Source: Elusimicrobiota bacterium (GTDB taxonomy: Bacteria; Elusimicrobiota; Elusimicrobia; UBA1565). From it: DNA of 64,000 nt. The number at the start of each line of letters is the position of its first letter. Positions within the stretch are counted from its first letter, which is position 1. Below the pieces are notes generated by a model, which was not told the DNA's origin, made no database searches, and was given only the letters and a program-made list of their open reading frames with translations. Shown here piece after piece: positions 7,937-16,757 of the stretch. The position numbers and the translations under genes are program-made. The stretch is from NCBI GenBank assembly GCA_043827405.1, contig JBDRPD010000062.1:64001-128000 (forward strand). Direction: 5' to 3'.

Positions 7937-9910
7937 ATGCTGGAGCGCAAAAAAGGCGTAGATATTTTAGTCGAGATCGGCGGCATCAAGAACGCCGATG
8001 ATGCCATGAAGCTGTTCAAGAAGAAGCTCGACGCCGAGCACCTCGGTCGGCTCAAGAAGATCAAGAACGAAGAGGCGCGCATCAAGATCGCCAACGCCAT
8101 CGCCATGTGCGAGCCGGATAAGGTCTATATCAACACCGGCGCGAAGAAAGATTTGCAGTTCATCCGCGAGCTCGCCCTCAAGACCGGCGAGGAAAAGAAG
8201 CTGGCGATGAAGAACCATACGATCCACTACGACCTGGCCGGCGAGCAGGGGCGGATCACCGACCGCACCTTCTATATCGCCAACGAGGGCGAGGCCGTCA
8301 GCTCGCTGGGCAAGAAGATGCTGCGCGCCGAGGCCCTCGAGGACATCCGCGGCAAGATGAAGGGCATCATGCGCGGCAAGACCATGGTCGTCGGCTTCTA
8401 CAACCGCGGCCCGGTCGGGGCGCCGCTGTCCAACCCGGCGCTCGAGATTTCGAGCTCGGCCTACGTCAGCCACAGCGCCGAGATCCTCTACCGCAACTGC
8501 TACCCATCGTTCGACAAGGAGGTCAAGAAGCTTGGGCATATGTTCGTCAACGTCCACAGCGAGGGCCCGAACCGGCCCGAGGACCTGCCCAACGCCCGCG
8601 TCTTCATGGACCGCAGCCACTGGACGACCTTCAGCATCTTCTGCACCTATGCCGGCAACACCCTGATGATGAAGAAGGGCAACCACCGCTTCGCGGTGGA
8701 TAAGGCCGTCTACACCAACCGCGGCAACGAGCTCTCCGAGCACATGTTCATCACCGGACTCAAGGGCCCCGGCGGGCGCGTTACCTGGTGCGCCGGCGCC
8801 GCGCCCAGCGGCTGCGGCAAGACGACGACGGCCATGGCCGGCGACCTTTTCGTCGGCGACGACCTGGCGCAGATGTGGATCGCCAAGGACGGCACGGTGC
8901 GCGCGATCAATCCCGAGGCCGGCATCTTCGGCATCGTCCAGGACGTCAACTGGGAGGGCGACCCGCACCTCATGAACCTGCTGCGCAAGGAAGGGGCCGA
9001 AGTGATCTGGTCGAACGTGCTCGTTGACGACAAGGACGTTCCCCACTGGGTCAATAACGGCGAGAAGCCGCCGAAGAAGGGCAAGAACTTCCAGGGCGAG
9101 TGGTTCGCGGGCAAGAAGGACGCCGCCGGCAAGGACATCCCGCTCTCGCACCCGAACTCGCGCTGCACGGTCTCGGCGAGCAAGCTGGCCAACTACTCCA
9201 AGGAGAACGAGAACCCCAAGGGCGTCGTCACCCGCGTCGTCACCTACAGCGGCCGCGACTCCGACACTATGCCGCCGGTCTGGGTGGCCAAGAACTCGGA
9301 CCACGGCGTTTTGATCGGCGCCTGCATCGTCTCGGCCGCCACCGCGACCGAGGTCGGCGCCAGCGGCGTCAAGCGCGCGCCGTGGGCCAACGCCCCGTTC
9401 ATCCCGGGGGCGCTGGGCGACTACATGGACGCGCAGTTCAAGTTCTTCGGCAGCAAGAAGATCGCCAAAGGCAAGCGGCCGATCATGGCCGGCCTCAACT
9501 ACTTCCTGACGCATGAGGCGCGCGGCGGCGAGGGCAAGCAGCTTCTCGGCGAGAAGCGCGACGTCAAGGTGTGGCTGTCGTGGCTCGAGCGCCGCGCCTT
9601 CAACGAGGTCGAGGCGATCGAGACCCCGATCGGCTTCCTGCCGAGGTACGAGGACTTAAAGAAGCTCTTCAAGGACAAGATCGGCAAGGAGTATCCGGAA
9701 GGGCTCTACGAGAAGCAGTTCTCGCTCCACATCGACAACATCGTCAAGCGCCTGGACCTGCAGCTCGAGGCCTACGGCAAGGAGGAGAACCTGCCGGAGC
9801 AGCTCTTCGCGGTGCTCAAGGAGCAGCGGGCGGGGCTCATGGCGCTGAAGGAGAAGCACGGCGCCGTCGTCAAGCCCGAGCAGCTGGCGCTGCAGGGCGC
9901 GGCGAACTAG
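7937..9910 (+). CDS. pckG: Phosphoenolpyruvate carboxykinase (GTP)
   Basis: YAGN, EHMFI, AAPSGCGKT, VGDDLA, INPEAGIFG, HPNSR motifs. Confidence 0.95.
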   Translation: MLERKKGVDILVEIGGIKNADDAMKLFKKKLDAEHLGRLKKIKNEEARIKIANAIAMCEPDKVYINTGAKKDLQFIRELALKTGEEKKLAMKNHTIHYDLAGEQGRITDRTFYIANEGEAVSSLGKKMLRAEALEDIRGKMKGIMRGKTMVVGFYNRGPVGAPLSNPALEISSSAYVSHSAEILYRNCYPSFDKEVKKLGHMFVNVHSEGPNRPEDLPNARVFMDRSHWTTFSIFCTYAGNTLMMKKGNHRFAVDKAVYTNRGNELSEHMFITGLKGPGGRVTWCAGAAPSGCGKTTTAMAGDLFVGDDLAQMWIAKDGTVRAINPEAGIFGIVQDVNWEGDPHLMNLLRKEGAEVIWSNVLVDDKDVPHWVNNGEKPPKKGKNFQGEWFAGKKDAAGKDIPLSHPNSRCTVSASKLANYSKENENPKGVVTRVVTYSGRDSDTMPPVWVAKNSDHGVLIGACIVSAATATEVGASGVKRAPWANAPFIPGALGDYMDAQFKFFGSKKIAKGKRPIMAGLNYFLTHEARGGEGKQLLGEKRDVKVWLSWLERRAFNEVEAIETPIGFLPRYEDLKKLFKDKIGKEYPEGLYEKQFSLHIDNIVKRLDLQLEAYGKEENLPEQLFAVLKEQRAGLMALKEKHGAVVKPEQLALQGAAN

Positions 9911-9936
9911 TTCGCGGCATAACGGTCGCAGCAATG

Positions 9937-9978
9937 AGCCGCCCGGCTTCGCCGGGCGGCTTGTTTGTTTATTTTTTT
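9937..9978 (+). terminator. Rho-independent terminator after pckG
   Basis: Stem AGCCGCCCGGC/GCCGGGCGGCT (9937-9961) followed by TGTTTGTTTATTTTTTT. Confidence 0.85.
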
Positions 9979-10029
9979 AAAACAAAATTTCCTTTAGCGT
10001 ATGCTATTCTCGGTAGGGATGTCGGGAAG

Positions 10030-11760
10030 GTGCGGCGTTTGAAATCGCTCGTACGCCGGCTGCTTGGCGGCGTGCTCCTTGTCCCGCTGGCCTTGAGCAG
10101 GGCCGGCGCGGGGCTCTTTTATGTCGATGTGCGCACGTCCACGGAAAAGTTCGAGCTCCGGCTTCCCCGTTCCGCGAACTACGAGCTGGTCAGCGGCTCG
10201 CTGAATTTTACCGTTCCGGACGGCGTCAGGATGACGGTTCTTTCGGGACAGGCGACCATGATGGTCGAGGGGACCGCGATCGTCGGCGATGCCGGAGACA
10301 CCTTCAGCTTCCTGATCGCCGACGGCCGGGCGCATATCGTCGTGCACGCCGGGGAGATGAGCGTCACGCTGCCGGGCTATATGACGGCCGTCATCCGTGC
10401 CGGTCAGTTCCTGCCGGTGAGAGTTTCCAAGTTTGGAACCGTTACCGCTCCGCAGGCGCCCCAGGTGAAGGCGCCCCAAGTTAAGGCTCCCCAGGCAAAG
10501 GCTCCCCGGACGCGGCCCCCGATCGTTCCCGGACCGCCCGCAAGGAAGCCGTCGGTGCGGACCCCGGGCATCAATCTGAATATCCGCCTTTACCCATATT
10601 ACGCCGTCACCCAATCCTACGATACGAATATCTACCGGGTGCCGCGGGATAAGGCCGATGCGGGCACGGTGGGCGGCGGCGTGCTCGGCTCCTGGATAAC
10701 CAGGAATACCGTCGGTTCACGGCTGCAAATCCCGTTCAATAAGCAGCACCGTTTCGGGGCGGGCTATGCTTTGAGCATCGAGAACTATTCCACCCAGCCC
10801 GGGGTGAATGACACGAACGACCAGCAGTTCGACGCGCTGTACCGGTACGATATGCGCCGCCGCGTCGTCCTGCAGCTCGCCGACAAATACAAGAATACCA
10901 AGGACCCCGCCTTCAGCTCGCTCGTTGAGCGCAAGCGCCGGTATGAGAACGAGGTGTCGGCGCTGCTGGACTACGGCCGCAGCCGTCTTTTTGTGTGGGC
11001 GATCGACGCCCATTTTAACCACCACAAATATCTTGATCCCATGCTCTCCTCCCTGCTGAACCGGTACGAATCATCCTTCGGCGGCCGCGTGGGCATCAGG
11101 CTGCAGCCGCATTCGGAGCTCTACCTCCACTACCATCGCGGCATCGTCCATTACTCCGCGGGCCGGGCGGACCATTCCAAGTCCCATGACCTCGGTCTCG
11201 GGCTTTCCGGCGAGCTCGCTCCCCGGCTCAAAGGCATGGTCTCTTCCGGCGTCGCGGTCCGGCGCTACGAGCGAGCGACCGGCGAGGAGCGGCAGACGGT
11301 GAGCCTGCTGACGACCGCCGTCGACCTTAAATACGAACTGTCCCGGCGTACGCGGTTCGCTCTGGTCGGCTACCGGCGCATGCAGGAATCGACTTTCGGC
11401 GGCAGCCGGTATTATGTAGCGACCGGCGCGACGCTGAACGTCCGCCAGCGTATTAAAGCGCTGGTTGTTTCGGTGAGCGGAGGGCATGAGACCAGCGTAT
11501 ATCCGGTTTCGACCACTATCGGCGCCGCGGCCGCTTTCCGGCGGGACCGCCATTACACGGGAAGCGTGAGAATCGATTATGAGCTGCGCAAATGGCTGTC
11601 TTTGAGCGCGCAGTATACGAGCATGCAGCGTCTTACCAGTTTCGCCGAGGAGTTCGACTACCGTGCCGATGTGACTTCCGTAGGTCTGCGCGCCGGGTTC
11701 GGCGGACATGAGCCGAACCGCCGATATGCGGAGCCTGCTTCGTCAAACAGCGCCTTTTAG
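10030..11760 (+). CDS. Outer-membrane beta-barrel protein with N-terminal beta-rich domain and Pro/Gln/Lys linker
   Basis: True start probably GTG 10030 (after the terminator), then a signal peptide. C-terminal ~390 aa of Tyr-rich alternating beta-strands. Linker PQAPQVKAPQVKAPQAKAP. Confidence 0.65.
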   Translation: MRRLKSLVRRLLGGVLLVPLALSRAGAGLFYVDVRTSTEKFELRLPRSANYELVSGSLNFTVPDGVRMTVLSGQATMMVEGTAIVGDAGDTFSFLIADGRAHIVVHAGEMSVTLPGYMTAVIRAGQFLPVRVSKFGTVTAPQAPQVKAPQVKAPQAKAPRTRPPIVPGPPARKPSVRTPGINLNIRLYPYYAVTQSYDTNIYRVPRDKADAGTVGGGVLGSWITRNTVGSRLQIPFNKQHRFGAGYALSIENYSTQPGVNDTNDQQFDALYRYDMRRRVVLQLADKYKNTKDPAFSSLVERKRRYENEVSALLDYGRSRLFVWAIDAHFNHHKYLDPMLSSLLNRYESSFGGRVGIRLQPHSELYLHYHRGIVHYSAGRADHSKSHDLGLGLSGELAPRLKGMVSSGVAVRRYERATGEERQTVSLLTTAVDLKYELSRRTRFALVGYRRMQESTFGGSRYYVATGATLNVRQRIKALVVSVSGGHETSVYPVSTTIGAAAAFRRDRHYTGSVRIDYELRKWLSLSAQYTSMQRLTSFAEEFDYRADVTSVGLRAGFGGHEPNRRYAEPASSNSAF

Positions 11761-11819
11761 CCTTGCAAATTCCGCGATTTCCTGCTAAACAATGAGAGGT
11801 CTGCGCCGAGAGGAGGCTT

Positions 11820-12572
11820 ATGTCCTTTCGGTTGTCGCGGGCTTTTTTTATTTGGGTGCTGTTTCCCGTCTATGCGGCGGGCATGGGCCGTTCCCCCGCC
11901 GAAGAATACACGCTTGATCCGCAGACGCCGGCGGTGGTGGCCATCGATCCCGGTCACGGCGGCAAAAATGAGGGCGCCGATGTTTACGGCCGCAAGGAAC
12001 GTGAAATCGTGCTCGCGGTGGCCCAGCGCCTGCAGGAAATCCTGGAAGAGCGGCCGGCCCTTTCTCCGTACCTGACGCGCTGGGACGACGATTTCGTCGC
12101 TCTGACCGACCGCGTGACCCGCGGCGAAGCCGTGGGGGGGAAAGTTTTTGTCTCCCTGCATGTCGACAACAACCGCGTGCGCAAGGGGCGCGGCGTAATA
12201 ACCTATGTCTACGGCAGCAACCGCACCATCCCCAAGGGCCCCGAGCGCGAACGGGATGAGAAGATATTGCCCAAGCCGCCCCGTGGTCAGATCGCGCAGT
12301 CGCGGCGCCTCGCCGCGCATATTCAGAAATCGATGCGGCGGCACGGCATCAACGCCGTGGAGTATGTGGACCGGGGTCCGTTTGCCGTGCTCAAGAGCGC
12401 CTGGATGCCGAGCGTCATCGTGGAGCTGGGCAACCTGCGCGACAAGAAGGAGGCCGCCATGGTCTCCGACCCGCGGCAGCAGGCGCGCCTGGCGGAGGCG
12501 ATCGCCGACAGCATCGAAGGCTACCTGCGCGAGCGCTACGGCGGGGTCGCAAAGCGCGCCGGGACCGACTAA
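11820..12572 (+). CDS. N-acetylmuramoyl-L-alanine amidase (Amidase_3)
   Basis: IDPGHGG, KEREI, FVSLH, FAVL and VELGNL Zn-amidase motifs; N-terminal signal/lipoprotein-like segment. Confidence 0.92.
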   Translation: MSFRLSRAFFIWVLFPVYAAGMGRSPAEEYTLDPQTPAVVAIDPGHGGKNEGADVYGRKEREIVLAVAQRLQEILEERPALSPYLTRWDDDFVALTDRVTRGEAVGGKVFVSLHVDNNRVRKGRGVITYVYGSNRTIPKGPERERDEKILPKPPRGQIAQSRRLAAHIQKSMRRHGINAVEYVDRGPFAVLKSAWMPSVIVELGNLRDKKEAAMVSDPRQQARLAEAIADSIEGYLRERYGGVAKRAGTD

Positions 12573-12595
12573 TCTAATAAGTATAATAAGCCGCT

Positions 12596-15325
12596 ATGCT
12601 GGATAAAGCCTATTCTCACGAGGACGTGGAATCCCGTTGGACCGCGGCCTGGAAGGAAGCCAAGCTCTTTCATTCCAAGCCCTCCGACCAGCCGTCCTAT
12701 ACGATCGTCATCCCGCCGCCCAATATCACCGGCGCCCTGCACATCGGCCATGCGCTAAACAATACGCTGCAGGACATCCTCATCCGCTACCACCGGCTGC
12801 GCGGCCGCGAGGCATGCTGGGTGCCCGGAACCGACCATGGCGGCATCGCGACCCAGAACGTGATGGAGAAGATGCTCAAGCAGGAAGGGCTCACGCGCCA
12901 TGATCTGGGGCGGGAGAAATTCCTGGGACGCATGCAGACCTGGTCGCGGGAAACCAAGAATACGATCCTCGGCCAGCTGACCCGTCTGGGCTGCGCTCTC
13001 GATTTCAGCCGCGAAGCCTTTACTATGGATGAGACGCGGGCCGCGGCCGTCTGCCATGCCTTCAAGCAGTTCTACGACCAGGGGCTCATTTACCGCGACA
13101 AGCGCATGGTCAACTGGTGCGTGCGCTGCGGCACCGCCCTGTCGGACATCGAAGTCGAGCACGAGGAGCGCAAGGGCGGCCTGTGGCATATCAAATACCC
13201 GGTGGTGGGCGAAGAGGGCCGTTTTCTGACCATCGCCACGACGCGTCCCGAGACCATGCTCGCCGACACGGCGATCGCCGTCCATCCGGACGATGAGCGC
13301 TACCGGGACCTGCATGGAAAGAAAGCGATCCTGCCCCTGGTGAATATCGAGATTCCGATCATCGCCGACGCCTACGTCGACCGGTCCTTCGGCACGGGGG
13401 CGCTGAAAGTTACGCCGTATCATGACGTCAACGATTTTGCGATTTGGCAGAGGCATAAGGACGTGATGCCCGCTCCGCCCCAGGTCATCGGCTTCGACGG
13501 CAGGATGACCGAGCAGGCGCCCGAGAAGTATCGCGGACAAACGCGCGATAAGGCGCGCGACGCGGTGGTCGCCGACCTGGAGGAATGCGGTCTGCTCGAC
13601 AAGATGGAAAAATACAAGAACGCCGTCGGCACCTGCTACCGCTGCCAGCAGGCGATCGAGACTTTGCCCTCGGAGCAGTGGTTTATGAAGATGGGAGAAC
13701 TCGCCGCGAAGGCGGGCGCTGCCGTCGACGCGGGGGACTTCAAGCTGTACACGCAGTCCTGGACCAAACCCTACCGGAAGTGGCTCGCGGATATTCACGA
13801 CTGGTGCCTGTCCCGGCAAATCTGGTGGGGGCACCGCATTCCGGTCTGGTACTGTCCCGAGTGCCTGGGCGACAAGCTGGAGCTCAGCGGCGACGATGAG
13901 TACCGGCTCAAGAGCGGCGGCGAAAAGCTCGAACGGGGCGTTCGGGTCGCCGCTTCCCGGCCGGATAAATGCGCCTGCGGCGCCGACCGCTGGGTGCAGG
14001 ACGCCGACGTCCTGGATACGTGGTTCTCGTCGGCGCTATGGCCGCTGTCGGTGTTCGGCTGGCCGGAAGATACCCCAGACCTGCGGTTCTATTACCCGAC
14101 CAAGGTGCTCGTTACGGGCTACGAGATCCTGTATCTCTGGGTCGCCCGGATGCAGATGATGGGGCTTTACTTCAAGGACCGCGTCCCCTTCGACGACGCG
14201 CTCATCCATGGGATCGTGCGCGACAATAAAGGCAAGAAGATGTCGAAGTCCTTGGGCAATGTTATCGATCCGCTCGTCATGATGGACAAATACGGCACCG
14301 ACGCGCTGCGCTTCGCCCTCGCCGCGCAGGCGCACCCCGGGCGGGATATCCCGTTCTCCGAAGACTCCTTGACCGGACCCCGCCATTTCGTCAACAAGAT
14401 TTGGAACTCGACGCGCTTCGTCCTGATGAACGTCCCCGAGACGGCGCCCGCCGGGGGCTACGCTCTCGCGGAGCTGGATGGAAAATCTCTCGAGCTCGCG
14501 GATCGCTGGATCCTTGACGCCTTCGCCGCGGCCGTCGAGCGCGTCCACGCGCATATCCAGGTCTATAACGTGGCCGCGGCGGCCGACGAGCTTTACGGCT
14601 TCCTGTGGGATGACTTCTGCGACTGGTATGTGGAGCTGGCCAAGATCCGTCTTGAGGACAAGTCCGCCGACGGCCGGGCGGCGCGCACGATTCTCGTGCA
14701 GGTCCTGACGGCGACGATGAAGCTCCTGCATCCGTTTATGCCTTACGTAACCGAGGAGCTCTACGGGGCGCTCAAGGCGCATGCGGGCGAGAAGGCGGAC
14801 TACATCCTGCGGGCCGGAGAATCCCGGTTTACGGGGGAGCTCGCGGACCGGGAAGCGGCCGAGAAGATGGCCTTTGTGATGGGCGCGGTCCGCGCCCTGC
14901 GCGCCCTGCGCTCCCAGCTCAATGTGCCTCCCGCGATGAAGCTCAACGTGATGTTCGCCGGCGAGGACCAGCATCTCGAGACCCTGCTCAACCACGCGCA
15001 CTACGTCCGGCGGCTGGCGCGGCTGGAGTCTTTCGAGAAATCGCCGGGCGAGCGCCCTCCTCAATCGGCTACCGCGGTGGTCGGCGGCCTGACATTCTAT
15101 GTCCCCTTGGCGGGGGTTATCGATTTGGCCAAGGAGCGAAAACGACTGGCCAAGGAGTTCGACGCCCTGTGCCAGGAGCTCGCGCGCTGCGAAAAGCAGC
15201 TGGGGAATCCTTCGTTTGTCGAGCGGGCTCCCGCCGCCGAGGTCGAGAAGATCCGCTGCCGGCAGCAGGATTTTGCGAGCAAAAAGATTTCGCTGGAGGG
15301 GACGCTGGCGAGCCTGGGAAATTGA
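12596..15325 (+). CDS. valS: Valine--tRNA ligase
   Basis: PPPNITGALHIGHA, GTDHGGIATQ, SRQIWWGHRIP, KMSKS; C-terminal coiled coil. Confidence 0.98.
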   Translation: MLDKAYSHEDVESRWTAAWKEAKLFHSKPSDQPSYTIVIPPPNITGALHIGHALNNTLQDILIRYHRLRGREACWVPGTDHGGIATQNVMEKMLKQEGLTRHDLGREKFLGRMQTWSRETKNTILGQLTRLGCALDFSREAFTMDETRAAAVCHAFKQFYDQGLIYRDKRMVNWCVRCGTALSDIEVEHEERKGGLWHIKYPVVGEEGRFLTIATTRPETMLADTAIAVHPDDERYRDLHGKKAILPLVNIEIPIIADAYVDRSFGTGALKVTPYHDVNDFAIWQRHKDVMPAPPQVIGFDGRMTEQAPEKYRGQTRDKARDAVVADLEECGLLDKMEKYKNAVGTCYRCQQAIETLPSEQWFMKMGELAAKAGAAVDAGDFKLYTQSWTKPYRKWLADIHDWCLSRQIWWGHRIPVWYCPECLGDKLELSGDDEYRLKSGGEKLERGVRVAASRPDKCACGADRWVQDADVLDTWFSSALWPLSVFGWPEDTPDLRFYYPTKVLVTGYEILYLWVARMQMMGLYFKDRVPFDDALIHGIVRDNKGKKMSKSLGNVIDPLVMMDKYGTDALRFALAAQAHPGRDIPFSEDSLTGPRHFVNKIWNSTRFVLMNVPETAPAGGYALAELDGKSLELADRWILDAFAAAVERVHAHIQVYNVAAAADELYGFLWDDFCDWYVELAKIRLEDKSADGRAARTILVQVLTATMKLLHPFMPYVTEELYGALKAHAGEKADYILRAGESRFTGELADREAAEKMAFVMGAVRALRALRSQLNVPPAMKLNVMFAGEDQHLETLLNHAHYVRRLARLESFEKSPGERPPQSATAVVGGLTFYVPLAGVIDLAKERKRLAKEFDALCQELARCEKQLGNPSFVERAPAAEVEKIRCRQQDFASKKISLEGTLASLGN

Positions 15326-15399
15326 GCAGGGATGTTCGACCATTTCTATTGATTTCTGCGAACTAAGCTGATAATCTACCTCCGCGAGACTTCGGCAAA

Positions 15400-16743
15400 A
15401 TGGGCGAAAAAATTCTGGTAATAGAAGACGATCAGGCGATCGCGGAGTACGCGGTCCTGGTGCTCGAAAAAGAGAGCTTCCAGGTCGAAAAAGCCCTGGA
15501 CGGCAAAGAGGGGCTGGAGCTGGCCAGGGAGTTCATGCCGGACTTGGTCGTTCTGGACCTCATGATGCCCGGCATGCACGGCTATGAGGTCTGCCAGCAC
15601 CTGCGCCAGGACGAAAAGCTGCGCGACGTCCGGATATTGATCACCTCGACCAAGTCCTACGACGCCGATGTTGCGGGCGCCTCCGGAGCCGGGGCGAACG
15701 CGTATTTGACGAAACCCTATACGGCGCAGCGGCTGGTCGAGGAAGTCAAAAACCTGCTCGCGCAGAAGCCGTCATGCGGGAAGGTCGCCGGCAACGGCTC
15801 GGCCGATGAGCCGGACGTAAAAACCGAGGTCGTGAGCGGCGCCGCGGAGCCGAAGACGGCCGGGGTGAAGCCGGAAAATTCCGCCGTATGCATCCGTTTC
15901 TGGGGCACGCGCGGGTCGACGCCGGCCCCCGGGCCGTTTACTATCCGCTACGGCGGGAATACCTCCTGCACCGAGATGCGCTTCGGCGACAACCTCTTTG
16001 TCGTCGACTGCGGCACGGGCCTGCGCGAACTGGGCGTCAAGCTGGTAGATGAGTTCAAGGAGCGGTCGATCGAAGGGCACCTTTTTGTCGGACATACCCA
16101 TTGGGATCATATCCAGGGCTTCCCGTTCTTCACGCCGTTCTACATCCCCAAGAACAACTTCCGGCTCTACAGCGTACGTGGCGCCGGCAAGAGCCTCGAG
16201 CGCGTCTTCCGGGGGCAAATGGCCGCGGACTACTTCCCCGTGCCGCTGCGCAGCCTGGCCAGCGGGCTGACATTCGTCGAGCTGGAAGAGCCGGTGGACA
16301 TCGGCGGCGTCAAGGTGAGCTACCAGCATCTGAACCATCCCGGAGTCGCCATCGGCTTCCGCTTCGAGTACCAGGGCCGGATCGTGAGCTATATCAGCGA
16401 CCACGAGACTTTTTCCCGGCTGAGCGGAGTATGCGAGATGACCCTGAAGCAGGACCGGTCCATCGCCGATTTCGCGCGCGGCAGCGACCTGATGATTTGT
16501 GAAGCGCAGTACACGGAAGAAGAGTATAAGGTCAAGAAGGGCTGGGGGCACAGCACCTTCAACGACGCCGTCGATCGCGCGATCGCGGCGGACGTGAAGC
16601 ATCTCGTGCTGTTCCACCACGACCCGCTCCATACCGACGAGATGATGGACCGTTATCTCGCCGCCTGCCGGCGGCGGCTGCAGGACGCCGGCAGCGCCAT
16701 CGAGTGCAGCGCCGCGCAGGAAATGCAGACGATCAACCTCTAG
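15400..16743 (+). CDS. Response-regulator receiver fused to MBL-fold metallo-hydrolase
   Basis: REC domain (IEDD, LDLMMP, KP), then FWGTRGS, YGGNTSC, HTHWDHIQG, GWGHS, LFHHDP. Confidence 0.9.
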   Translation: MGEKILVIEDDQAIAEYAVLVLEKESFQVEKALDGKEGLELAREFMPDLVVLDLMMPGMHGYEVCQHLRQDEKLRDVRILITSTKSYDADVAGASGAGANAYLTKPYTAQRLVEEVKNLLAQKPSCGKVAGNGSADEPDVKTEVVSGAAEPKTAGVKPENSAVCIRFWGTRGSTPAPGPFTIRYGGNTSCTEMRFGDNLFVVDCGTGLRELGVKLVDEFKERSIEGHLFVGHTHWDHIQGFPFFTPFYIPKNNFRLYSVRGAGKSLERVFRGQMAADYFPVPLRSLASGLTFVELEEPVDIGGVKVSYQHLNHPGVAIGFRFEYQGRIVSYISDHETFSRLSGVCEMTLKQDRSIADFARGSDLMICEAQYTEEEYKVKKGWGHSTFNDAVDRAIAADVKHLVLFHHDPLHTDEMMDRYLAACRRRLQDAGSAIECSAAQEMQTINL

Positions 16744-16757
16744 CCTTCGCCGCGGCT

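Noticed and set aside
9571..10029. 729-aa ORF starting inside pckG
   Set aside because: The N-terminal extension overlaps pckG out of frame and crosses its terminator; a signal peptide begins only near 10030.
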